DNA of 32,000 bases, from the NCBI RefSeq assembly GCF_000179635.2, contig NC_014833.1:3240001-3272000 (forward strand), read 5' to 3'. Position numbers and translations under genes: made by a program. Below the pieces are notes generated by a model, which saw nothing but the letters and a program-made list of their open reading frames with translations, was not told the origin of the DNA and did no database searches. This stretch comes from Ruminococcus albus 7 = DSM 20455 (GTDB lineage: Bacteria > Bacillota > Clostridia > Oscillospirales > Ruminococcaceae). This document shows, in pieces, positions 15,935 to 23,855 of this stretch. Numbering within the stretch: position 1 is the stretch's first letter; each line of letters begins with the position of its first letter.

Positions 15935-17203
15935 TCAGAACGGCACCATTCCGTCAGGGTCATAGGATTCAAACTGGTCCTTTTCCGCAACAGGCACGAA
16001 CTTGCCCATGCCGCCGTCAGGCACAAATGTCATGCAGCAGTAATACTCATGCTCGCACTCATAGTCAGGCAGCACCAGCTTTTCAGACGAACCGCGTGCG
16101 ATATCGTACTGGTCAAGCAGCACCGAGCCGCTCTCCTTTTGGAGTATGCACTGCAGACCGCCGATCTCCAGACCGCCCTTCACCCTGCAAAGGGTACCGC
16201 TTGCATCAAAGTAGTCGAACTCCACCGTTTCACCGCGGCTGAGTGCGCCTATCTCCTCAGGTGTGAATATGTGTCCGCACCATACGCCGGAAAATCTCAC
16301 AGGGCATCTCAGCGCCTGCATCATGTATTTATCCAGGTCGCGTTCAAGCACTTCGCTGCTGAAGGTATCATAGAGAAAATCCATATCGAACAGCTGCTCA
16401 GCCACCTTTTTAAGATCCATATCCTTAGGCATGGAGAAGCTGCTCAGTGTCACCGTAAGATCTCCCGAAGCAAGACTTCTCTCGTACAGGAACCTGTACT
16501 CCCCAAGGCTGTTTTTCAGCGGTATATAGCTGCCGTCATTGTAGTGTATAACACAGCCGCCGTATTTTGACGAAGCCTTTTTAAGCTCATAACCGTAGTA
16601 AGCCGCAGGCTGTCCGCTCTCGGAGAACTCCTTGCCTACCACCTCGATTATGCCCCCGCCCAGCAGACGGTTCAGCGCTGCCGCATCGGGGAGCTCCCTG
16701 CAGAGGAAGCTCATCTCAACGAGCTCGCCCTCGTTGTATATATACAGGGTCTTCTTGTCGAACTCGGTTATCTTCGGCACGTACTTCCCCGGAAATACAT
16801 CGGGCACGAATTCGTATTCGGCAGTATTGTACAGCTTGTAGCTTGAATTGAAAGACACGTTGAAGGGGTCTATCTCCTTCTGTATCTTTTTAAGGCTTCC
16901 CGTCACGGTATATATCTTGTCGCCCTCGACCGAATCGAAGGTGATGCTTCCGCCGTCACACAGCACGGATATCTCATCTTCGGTGAATATATGTCCGTGC
17001 CACACTCCGCTGAACTGTGCGTCCTCGCCGTCCATGCTGAACTTTACCGTGACCCTTTCAAAGATCCTGCCGTTCAGCTCGCTGCTGTACTCGAATCTCT
17101 CTCCGCCGTTATCAAAAGGCGCATACTTCGTGCTGCCGTCCTCTCCCTGAAAGCTTCTGGGATAAAACTGATCCTTCCTGATCTCGTGATTTGACTTTTC
17201 CAT
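15935..17203 (-). CDS. Hypothetical protein (422 aa) with an internally duplicated module
   Basis: AAGGAGG RBS. Two copies of a module: VKFSMDGEDAQFSGVWHGHIFTEDEISVLCDGGSITFD (about aa 53-90) and VRFSGVWCGHIFTPEEIGALSRGETVEFD (about aa 302-330). No signal peptide or TM segment. Confidence 0.7.
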   Translation of the reverse strand: MEKSNHEIRKDQFYPRSFQGEDGSTKYAPFDNGGERFEYSSELNGRIFERVTVKFSMDGEDAQFSGVWHGHIFTEDEISVLCDGGSITFDSVEGDKIYTVTGSLKKIQKEIDPFNVSFNSSYKLYNTAEYEFVPDVFPGKYVPKITEFDKKTLYIYNEGELVEMSFLCRELPDAAALNRLLGGGIIEVVGKEFSESGQPAAYYGYELKKASSKYGGCVIHYNDGSYIPLKNSLGEYRFLYERSLASGDLTVTLSSFSMPKDMDLKKVAEQLFDMDFLYDTFSSEVLERDLDKYMMQALRCPVRFSGVWCGHIFTPEEIGALSRGETVEFDYFDASGTLCRVKGGLEIGGLQCILQKESGSVLLDQYDIARGSSEKLVLPDYECEHEYYCCMTFVPDGGMGKFVPVAEKDQFESYDPDGMVPF

Positions 17204-17258
17204 GCTGTAACCTCCTTTTCGGTATATGATTTTTTCAGCCGTATTTTATAATATTGTC

Positions 17259-18455
17259 TTACTGCACACCGAACAGCTCTGCAACAGCTTCTTCCTTGAG
17301 CTCTGCACCAATAACACAAAGTCTGCCTATGGTGCTTGCCGAGCCTGTTCTTACATCGGGCACACCGGGAACATAGTCATAGTGTATCCATGTGCCGTCA
17401 GTACCCTCTACGATGCCCTTTGCACGCAGAACATAGCCGTACTTCTTCTCATCCTCAAGTGCCTCCAGCGCTGCACGTATCTCATCGGCTGTGAACTTCT
17501 TTGCAGTTTCTCTGCCCCAGCTGGTGAATACTTCATCTGCATGGTGGTGGTGATGATCGTGGTCGTGGCAGCCGCAGGTGCAGTGCTCGTCATGTTCGTG
17601 GTGATGATGCTCGTGCTCATCGTGATCGTGGTGATGATGCTCATGCTCGTCGTGATCGTGGTGGTGATGCTCATGGTCATGGTCGTGATCATGGCAGCCG
17701 CAGGTGCAGTCCTCGCCGTGTTCGTGATGGTGGTGCTCATGCTCATCTTCGTCATGGTCATGGTGGTGATGATGATGCTCATGCTCATCTTCGTCGTGGT
17801 CATGGTGATGATGATGCTCATGCTCCTCTTCAAGCAGAGCCTTCAGCTCGTCATCAAGAGTATTCTTCTGTGTCATGGCATCAGTGAGCTGCTTGCCTGT
17901 CAGCTTGTCCCACTCGGTAGTAACTATGGGAGCCTTGTCGTTCAGGGCGCGGAGCCTTGCTACCACATCGTCCAGTCTTTCCTGAGGAACACCTGTGGTA
18001 TGGCTGAGGATAAGGCAGCTTGCATAGGTTATCTGGTTGTTGAAGAACTCACCGAAATTCTTCTGATACATCTTGCACTTAGCAGCATCAACAACAGTTG
18101 TGAAACCGTCCAGTACAACATCGTGTGCGTGGATATCCTGCACTGCCTTGATAACATCGCTGAGCTTGCCCACGCCCGATGGCTCTATGAGTATACGGTC
18201 GGGCTTGTAGGTATCAAGCACCTGGACAAGTGCCTTGCCGAAATCGCCCACCAGTGAGCAGCATATACAACCTGAATTCATCTCAGTTATCTCAACGCCT
18301 GCATCCTGCAGGAATCCGCCGTCAATACCTATCTGACCGAATTCATTCTCTATAAGTACGAGTTTTTTGCCGTTGTAGCCCTCAGCGATGAGTTTCTTTA
18401 TCAGCGTGGTCTTGCCTGCGCCCAGGAAGCCGCTGAAAATGGTGATCTTGGTCAT
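17259..18455 (-). CDS. COG0523 (CobW/ZigA/YjiA-like) metallochaperone GTPase with a 98-aa His-rich insertion
   Basis: P-loop FSGFLGAGKTTL, then IENEFG, the CxCC motif GCICCS and Walker B ILIEPSG. Residues 209-306 are almost entirely H/D/E and include two CTCGCHDHDH motifs. A CobW_C-like tail follows (VLRAKGIV...RLCVIG). Confidence 0.9.
   Translation of the reverse strand: MTKITIFSGFLGAGKTTLIKKLIAEGYNGKKLVLIENEFGQIGIDGGFLQDAGVEITEMNSGCICCSLVGDFGKALVQVLDTYKPDRILIEPSGVGKLSDVIKAVQDIHAHDVVLDGFTTVVDAAKCKMYQKNFGEFFNNQITYASCLILSHTTGVPQERLDDVVARLRALNDKAPIVTTEWDKLTGKQLTDAMTQKNTLDDELKALLEEEHEHHHHHDHDEDEHEHHHHHHDHDEDEHEHHHHEHGEDCTCGCHDHDHDHEHHHHDHDEHEHHHHDHDEHEHHHHEHDEHCTCGCHDHDHHHHHADEVFTSWGRETAKKFTADEIRAALEALEDEKKYGYVLRAKGIVEGTDGTWIHYDYVPGVPDVRTGSASTIGRLCVIGAELKEEAVAELFGVQ
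17538..17831 (-). repeat. Low-complexity coding repeat (His/Asp/Glu tract) with internal duplications
   Basis: GGCAGCCGCAGGTGCAGT occurs at 17566-17583 and again at 17693-17710, a period of 127 bp. Near-identical CTCATGCTCATCTTCGTC(A/G)TGGTCATGGTG units are tandem around 17736-17815. Confidence 0.85.
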
Positions 18456-18508
18456 TATAATAACACTTCTTTCTATTGATTATGAGATCATACACTTTCT
18501 CATTTTTT

Positions 18509-18537
18509 ATTATAGCACATTTCCCCGAAAAAATCAA
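18509..18537 (-). promoter_or_regulatory. Candidate sigma-A promoter (extended -10) for the COG0523 operon
   Basis: Minus strand: TTGATT (18537-18532), a 17 nt spacer, TGcTATAAT with TATAAT at 18514-18509. Confidence 0.5.
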
Positions 18538-18761
18538 CCACCTGCACCCCCCGAAACTCTTTGATACAGCTGTCATCCCTTGTGCAAAATGCTGTAAGCC
18601 GAGCCCCTATTTTTGTGTAAAAAAAGCCGGGAAAAGCCTTTACTTTTCCTGCGGGATATGATAAAATTAATTTAATTGCTTTTGTACTTTACAGCTTTTA
18701 TACTTTCACAGGGCAAAGTGAAGTACTCTGTGACAAAACGATTCGGAAAGGATAGTAAATA

Positions 18762-20393
18762 ATGCCAATAACAGAATTTTTGGAAAACAATGCAGCAAAA
18801 TTCCCCGATAAGACCGCTCTTGTGGAGCTCAATCCCGAGATACGCGAAAAGCGCGTAACATGGAAGGAATACGAACTTATCGAGCCAACTGCCGATGTTC
18901 CTTACAGACGTGAGATAACATGGTCGGTATTCAACGAGAAGGCAAACCGTTTCGCAAACCTGCTCATATCCCGCGGCGTGAAGAAGGGCGACAAGGTCGG
19001 AATACTGCTGATGAACTGCCTTGAATGGCTGCCGATATACTTCGGTATACTCAAAACAGGCGCACTTGCTGTGCCGCTGAATTTCAGGTATACCGCCGAT
19101 GAGATAAAGTACTGTGTCGAGCTTGCCGAGGTGGATATACTTGTATTCGGTCCCGAGTTTATCGGCAGAGTTGAGGAGATAGTTGACGATATCAGCAAGA
19201 ACCGTCTGCTGTTCTACGTTGGTGAGGGATGTCCCACCTTCGCTGAGCACTATGACAGACTTACTGCAAACTGCTCCAGCGCATCACCCGATATAAAACT
19301 TACAGACGATGACTATGCGGCTATATACTTCTCATCGGGTACTACAGGTTTCCCCAAGGCTATACTCCACAAGCACATGAGCCTTGTACATTCCGCGAGA
19401 GTTGAACAGGCACACCACGGTCAGACCGAAAACGATGTGTTCCTCTGCATACCGCCCCTTTATCATACAGGCGCCAAGATGCACTGGTTCGGCAGCCTGA
19501 TATCAGGCAGCAAGGCTGTTATACTCAAAGGTGTAAAGCCCAAGTTCGTCCTTGAAGCTGTTTCCAGCGAGCTCTGCACTATCGTATGGCTGCTGGTGCC
19601 GTGGGCACAGGATATCCTCGATGCAGTTGACAGAGGAGATATCGACATAAGCAAATATCAGCTCTCCCAGTGGAGACTTATGCATATCGGTGCACAGCCC
19701 GTTCCGCCCTCACTTATATCCAGGTGGAAGAAGCTGTTCCCGAATCATCAGTACGATACCAACTACGGTCTCAGCGAGAGCATAGGCCCCGGCTGCGTAC
19801 ACCTTGGTGTTGAGAATATCCACAAGGTTGGCGCTATCGGTAAGGCAGGCTTCGGCTGGGAGGTCAAGATAGTAGATGAACGCGGAGAGACTGTTCCCCG
19901 CGGCGAAGTGGGTGAGCTTTGCGTAAAGGGTCCCGGTGTAATGACCTGCTATTACCGCGATCCCAAGGCTACCGAGGAGACCCTGAAGGACGGCTGGCTG
20001 TTCACAGGTGATATGGCACAGGAGGACGAGGACGGATTCATATTCCTCGTTGACAGAAAGAAGGACGTTATCATCAGCGGCGGTGAGAACCTCTACCCCG
20101 TACAGATAGAAGACTTCCTGCGTGCGCACCCTGCTGTCAAGGACGTTGCGGTCATCGGTCTGCCCGATAAGCGTCTGGGTGAGATCGCAGCTGCCATAAT
20201 CTCGATCAAGGATGGCATGACCTGCACCGAGGAAGATATCAACGACTTCTGCCACAAACTGCCCCGCTACAAGAGACCCCACAAGGTCATATTTGCGGAT
20301 GTTCCCAGAAACCCCACAGGCAAGATCGAAAAGCCCGTTCTCCGCAAGATATACTGCGGCGAATCCGTTGTGGCAAAACAGAACAACTCTTAA
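18762..20393 (+). CDS. AMP-forming acyl-CoA ligase (class I adenylate-forming enzyme)
   Basis: AMP-binding motif IYFSSGTTGFPKAILHKH, followed by YGLSES, GDMA...DGFIFLVDRKKD and PRNPTGKI, all typical of fatty-acid/aromatic-acid CoA ligases. Confidence 0.9.
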   Translation: MPITEFLENNAAKFPDKTALVELNPEIREKRVTWKEYELIEPTADVPYRREITWSVFNEKANRFANLLISRGVKKGDKVGILLMNCLEWLPIYFGILKTGALAVPLNFRYTADEIKYCVELAEVDILVFGPEFIGRVEEIVDDISKNRLLFYVGEGCPTFAEHYDRLTANCSSASPDIKLTDDDYAAIYFSSGTTGFPKAILHKHMSLVHSARVEQAHHGQTENDVFLCIPPLYHTGAKMHWFGSLISGSKAVILKGVKPKFVLEAVSSELCTIVWLLVPWAQDILDAVDRGDIDISKYQLSQWRLMHIGAQPVPPSLISRWKKLFPNHQYDTNYGLSESIGPGCVHLGVENIHKVGAIGKAGFGWEVKIVDERGETVPRGEVGELCVKGPGVMTCYYRDPKATEETLKDGWLFTGDMAQEDEDGFIFLVDRKKDVIISGGENLYPVQIEDFLRAHPAVKDVAVIGLPDKRLGEIAAAIISIKDGMTCTEEDINDFCHKLPRYKRPHKVIFADVPRNPTGKIEKPVLRKIYCGESVVAKQNNS

Positions 20394-20403
20394 TAAATTC
20401 ATC

Positions 20404-20440
20404 ACGCCGCGGAAGCACCTGCCTCCGCGGCGTTTTTGTT
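20404..20440 (+). terminator. Rho-independent terminator after the acyl-CoA ligase gene
   Basis: A 10 bp stem ACGCCGCGGA / TCCGCGGCGT with a 10 nt loop, then TTTTGTTTT. Confidence 0.7.
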
Positions 20441-20456
20441 TTGCTGTATAAAAGCA

Positions 20457-20481
20457 AAAAGCTCTCAGGACGAGAGCTTTT
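20457..20481 (-). terminator. Terminator after the GH3 gene (minus strand)
   Basis: Stem AAAAGCTCTC / GAGAGCTTTT with a 5 nt loop. On the minus strand it is followed by TTGCTTTT. Confidence 0.6.
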
Positions 20482-20512
20482 CGCTTGTATAATGGGTAAT
20501 TAGGGAGATATG

Positions 20513-22588
20513 TCATTTATTGATCTCGACGCTTGCACACTTGATGCCTGTCAGCTTTTCGCTGAGTGCGTCGGGCTGAGATGTTCCTGCAAACAGTGTG
20601 AACCTGCTGCCGAACACCTTTCTTACACCGTTGTCATCAACGGCTGTGAATGCCTTTTCAGGTACTTCTATCTCGAATACAGCACTTTCGCCCTCATTCA
20701 GCTTGATGCGCTTGAATCCGCACAGGCTGACATTGGGTACTGCGTGTTCGCTGTAATCCTTGATGTACAGCTGTATAACGTCCTCTGTAGCCTTGCCGCT
20801 GTTTTCTGCGGTAACTACTGCCTTGCCGTCCTTGTATTCTACCTTTGTCACCTTTACGCTGCCGTAGGTAAGACCGTAGCCGAAGGGATACAGTACGTTC
20901 TCGGTGGTGTAGCGGTAAGTTCTGCCCTTCATGGAATAGTCAGTGAACTCAGGCAGCTTATCAGTATCCTCATAGAATGTTACAGGCAGCTTGCCCGAAG
21001 GTGAAACATCACCGAAGAGAACCTCAGCCAGTGCCTTGCCGCCCTCTGCACCGGGGTAGAAAGCGTGTATCAGCGCATCGGGCTTGCTTTCGGTATTTAT
21101 AGCGGAACCTGCGCATACAACTGTTACAACAGGCTTGCCGACTGCCATTATCTTCTTTACCAGTTCTCTCTGAGGAGGAGGCAGTGTCAGACCGTTCTTG
21201 TCGCCCGATGAGAACTCGTTGCCTGTATCGCCCTCTTCGCCCTCGATAGTAGCATCAAGACCAAGACAGAGTATTGTCATATCAGCGAACTTAGCAGCAG
21301 CAACAGCCTCTGCATAGCGGTCGCCTGCCTGTGCCAGATTAGAAACTCTGTCCTTGTACAGGTGGCAGCCCTCAGCGAAGATGACTCTGCCATCGAATCT
21401 GTCCTGGATACCGTTCAGGAATGTGGTATATCTGTCTGAAAGACCGTTGTAGTTGCCCTCAAGTGCTGTTCTGCTGTCAGCATTGGGACCTATAACTGCA
21501 ATAGTCTTGTACTTGCTTGTATCAACAGGGAGTATGCCGTTGTTTTCCAGCATTACCAGTGACTTTTCAGCGCACTCCAGGGATATAGCCTTGTGTTCCT
21601 TGCAAGCCACCTTGTCATAGGGGATATCATCATACTCTGTCTTCTTGTCGAACATACCCAGACGTATCCTTGTACGCATCAGGTGTACGCAAGCTGTGCG
21701 GATATCCTCCTTGGTTACAGCGCCCTTTTCCAGCGCTACCAGAAGGTTCTGATAGGTACAGCCGCAGTTTACATCGCAGCCCGCCTTCAGTGCCATAGCT
21801 GTGGATTCGATAGCATTTGCAGTTACCATGTGGTTCTCATGGAAGTCGCGTATAGCCCAGCAGTCAGAAACGAAATAGCCGTCAAACTCCCATTCCTTCA
21901 GCTTGTCCATCAGGAAATTGCTTGCGCAGGCAGGTTCACCGTTCACGCGGTTATATGCGCCCATAACGCTCTCTACCTTGGCTTCCTTTACCAGTGCCTC
22001 AAATGCAGGAAGATATGTTTCTTCCATATCCTTTGCGTTTGCCTTTGCATCAAAGGAATGACGTATAGCCTCGGGGCCGCTGTGTACAGCAAAATGCTTT
22101 GCACAAGCTGCAGCCTTTATAACCTTGCCGTCGCCCTGAAGACCTCTTACAACAGCCATGCCGTTCTTTGTGGTCAGGTAAGGATCCTCACCAAAGGTCT
22201 CATGACCTCTGCCCCAGCGGGGGTCACGGAAGATATTTATATTAGGTGCCCACAGAGTAAGACCCTTGTAGATATCGCGGTCCTCCTCACCGGAGTAAGC
22301 ATTGTACTTTGCTCTTGCTTCCTCAGAGGTGACCTCTGCAGTCTTCTTGGTAAGTTCATCATCGAACATAGCCGCCAGACCGATAGCCTGAGGGAACATA
22401 GTTGCCACACCGGAACGTGCCAGTCCGTGTATACCCTCGTTCCACCAGTTGTATGCGGGTATGCCCAGTCTTTCAACAGCAGGTGCATCATATCTCAGCT
22501 GACTTGCCTGCTCCTCGGTTGTCATCTCATCGGTAAGTGCTTCGGCTCTTTCCTGTGCCGAAAGTGTTTCGTCAAGGTATTTTTTCAT
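20513..22588 (-). CDS. Glycoside hydrolase family 3 beta-glucosidase/beta-xylosidase
   Basis: GH3 N-terminal motifs: NWWNEGIHG, RDPRWGRGHETFGEDP, KHFAVHSGPE, and the nucleophile context GYFVSDCWAI. A C-terminal alpha/beta sandwich and an Fn3-like tail are present. No signal peptide, so probably cytoplasmic. Confidence 0.9.
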   Translation of the reverse strand: MKKYLDETLSAQERAEALTDEMTTEEQASQLRYDAPAVERLGIPAYNWWNEGIHGLARSGVATMFPQAIGLAAMFDDELTKKTAEVTSEEARAKYNAYSGEEDRDIYKGLTLWAPNINIFRDPRWGRGHETFGEDPYLTTKNGMAVVRGLQGDGKVIKAAACAKHFAVHSGPEAIRHSFDAKANAKDMEETYLPAFEALVKEAKVESVMGAYNRVNGEPACASNFLMDKLKEWEFDGYFVSDCWAIRDFHENHMVTANAIESTAMALKAGCDVNCGCTYQNLLVALEKGAVTKEDIRTACVHLMRTRIRLGMFDKKTEYDDIPYDKVACKEHKAISLECAEKSLVMLENNGILPVDTSKYKTIAVIGPNADSRTALEGNYNGLSDRYTTFLNGIQDRFDGRVIFAEGCHLYKDRVSNLAQAGDRYAEAVAAAKFADMTILCLGLDATIEGEEGDTGNEFSSGDKNGLTLPPPQRELVKKIMAVGKPVVTVVCAGSAINTESKPDALIHAFYPGAEGGKALAEVLFGDVSPSGKLPVTFYEDTDKLPEFTDYSMKGRTYRYTTENVLYPFGYGLTYGSVKVTKVEYKDGKAVVTAENSGKATEDVIQLYIKDYSEHAVPNVSLCGFKRIKLNEGESAVFEIEVPEKAFTAVDDNGVRKVFGSRFTLFAGTSQPDALSEKLTGIKCASVEINK

Positions 22589-22640
22589 GATCTTCCTCCT
22601 AACCTTTCATAATCTATATCATGATCTTTCCGACCGTATA

Positions 22641-23540
22641 TTATTTACCTACAGCCGCTCTTATCTTATCGAGCTCGGGCTCAACATCGCCCTTGTTGTC
22701 CAGCAGATGCCAGGTCTCGGTGACCTCTGCGGTCTCGCCGGGCTGATACTTTCTCTTTTCACCAAGTATCTCGCATTCGAGGAACTTGCTGTTTGTATAC
22801 ATCTCAAAATTGCAGGAGTAATCGGGATACTCAACAAACTGATACTCTCCGAAACACTTGACGAATATCTGCTCGTTAACAGCGTAAGCCGCAAAGCCGT
22901 CTTCAACATTGAAGCCTGCCTTAAAAGCTCCCTGTATGAACTTATCCTGTCTTATGCGGACGTATTCGTTCGTAAGCTTGAATCTGGGGTCGTTGATATC
23001 CGAATAATCCCACAGGCTCATAACTCTGTTTGGCAGATAGCCGGACTTTCTGGTACACATTGGTATAACAGCGGTACCGCCTGCTGTAAGTCCGGTTATG
23101 GACCACAGTGCGAAATCTGCTTCCTTGTCGCCAACGTTCTTTATACGCTGTGTGACTTTGACTATCGGCTTATCAGCATCAAGAGTAATAACTGTTTCAA
23201 GCTGCTTGCCAAATGGAGTAGCAGGAGGCGTGAAGGTCACAGTATCCCCCTCAGCCTTATATGCAACAGGATCATTATCGGGATTATAGGTCTCCGGTAT
23301 GAGCTCGGGAGCTACCCACAGCCTGTGACCGCCGCGGTTGCGCCATGTGCCGTAGCCCTCCACATCAACAGTGAAAGAACCTTCCTCGTCCTCAAGCATG
23401 ACATTTTCTTTTCCGTTCAGCGCGAAGTATATTACTCTGGGTCCGAACTCCACCGTAACAGCCAGTCCGCACACATCATTCTCTATAAACACACATTTGC
23501 CGTAGCTTTTATATTCTTTTTCTGAGATCTTAACGCTCAT
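22641..23540 (-). CDS. Hypothetical beta-sandwich protein, possibly aldose-epimerase-like/DUF4380-like, co-transcribed with GH3
   Basis: GGAGG RBS. A 52 nt gap separates it from the GH3 gene. The sequence is beta-strand-rich, with GGHRLWVAPE resembling mutarotase-fold proteins. The family assignment is from memory and tentative. Confidence 0.55.
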   Translation of the reverse strand: MSVKISEKEYKSYGKCVFIENDVCGLAVTVEFGPRVIYFALNGKENVMLEDEEGSFTVDVEGYGTWRNRGGHRLWVAPELIPETYNPDNDPVAYKAEGDTVTFTPPATPFGKQLETVITLDADKPIVKVTQRIKNVGDKEADFALWSITGLTAGGTAVIPMCTRKSGYLPNRVMSLWDYSDINDPRFKLTNEYVRIRQDKFIQGAFKAGFNVEDGFAAYAVNEQIFVKCFGEYQFVEYPDYSCNFEMYTNSKFLECEILGEKRKYQPGETAEVTETWHLLDNKGDVEPELDKIRAAVGK

Positions 23541-23571
23541 AACAGCACCTCCGGTTGCATTTTATTATCTG

Positions 23572-23600
23572 ATTATACACTATATTGACATTTTTTTCAA
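23572..23600 (-). promoter_or_regulatory. Candidate promoter for the GH3 operon
   Basis: Minus strand: TTGAAA (23600-23595), a 17 nt spacer, TATAAT (23577-23572). Confidence 0.5.
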
Positions 23601-23685
23601 CTCATTTCTTGCGTTATCGGTCACAAATATTGCTTATTTCTTATAAAAAAATTGTTATAAATTATAGAAAACTCTGTTTAATATA

Positions 23686-23714
23686 TTGAAAAATCAAAAG
23701 GATTGTGCTATAAT
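23686..23714 (+). promoter_or_regulatory. Candidate promoter (extended -10) for the AraC regulator
   Basis: TTGAAA at 23686-23691, a 17 nt spacer, TGcTATAAT with TATAAT at 23709-23714. Confidence 0.5.
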
Positions 23715-23855
23715 ATCAAATAGGGTGTAGCAATTTTTTGTCTGTCTGCACTTTTGCTGACAGATATGCTTTTTGTAAAGTTAAGCAATCAACGCGCGGC
23801 AGGGATGTGTACTGCGGTATGCTGTATATGCCGTGTATCAAATGGGGGAAATTAT

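Noticed and set aside
17226-18257. A 343-aa plus-strand ORF, and a 141-aa minus-strand ORF at 17408-17833, that look like very hydrophobic or Thr/Met-rich proteins.
   Set aside because: Both are alternative-frame or antisense readings of the His/Asp/Glu codon repeat (CAT/CAC/GAT/GAC) inside the COG0523 gene. The COG0523 frame has clear family motifs and an N-terminal P-loop. These shadow ORFs have no RBS and consist of low-complexity composition only.
18456-18761. I looked for a Zur box, a cobalamin riboswitch or another metal-sensing element upstream of the COG0523 operon. I also noted the small palindrome TATGA-GA-TCATA (about 18480-18491) and a GGAAAAG/CTTTTCC hairpin (about 18620-18641).
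   Set aside because: I could see no match to the Firmicute Zur consensus (TCGTAAT-N-ATTACGA-like) and no B12-box. The palindrome has 5 bp arms and the hairpin has no clear function. The evidence is too weak to annotate, and a PWM or Rfam scan would be needed.
18672-19250. A 192-aa minus-strand ORF in and upstream of the acyl-CoA ligase gene.
   Set aside because: It is antisense to the conserved N-terminus of the ligase, with no RBS and no family resemblance.
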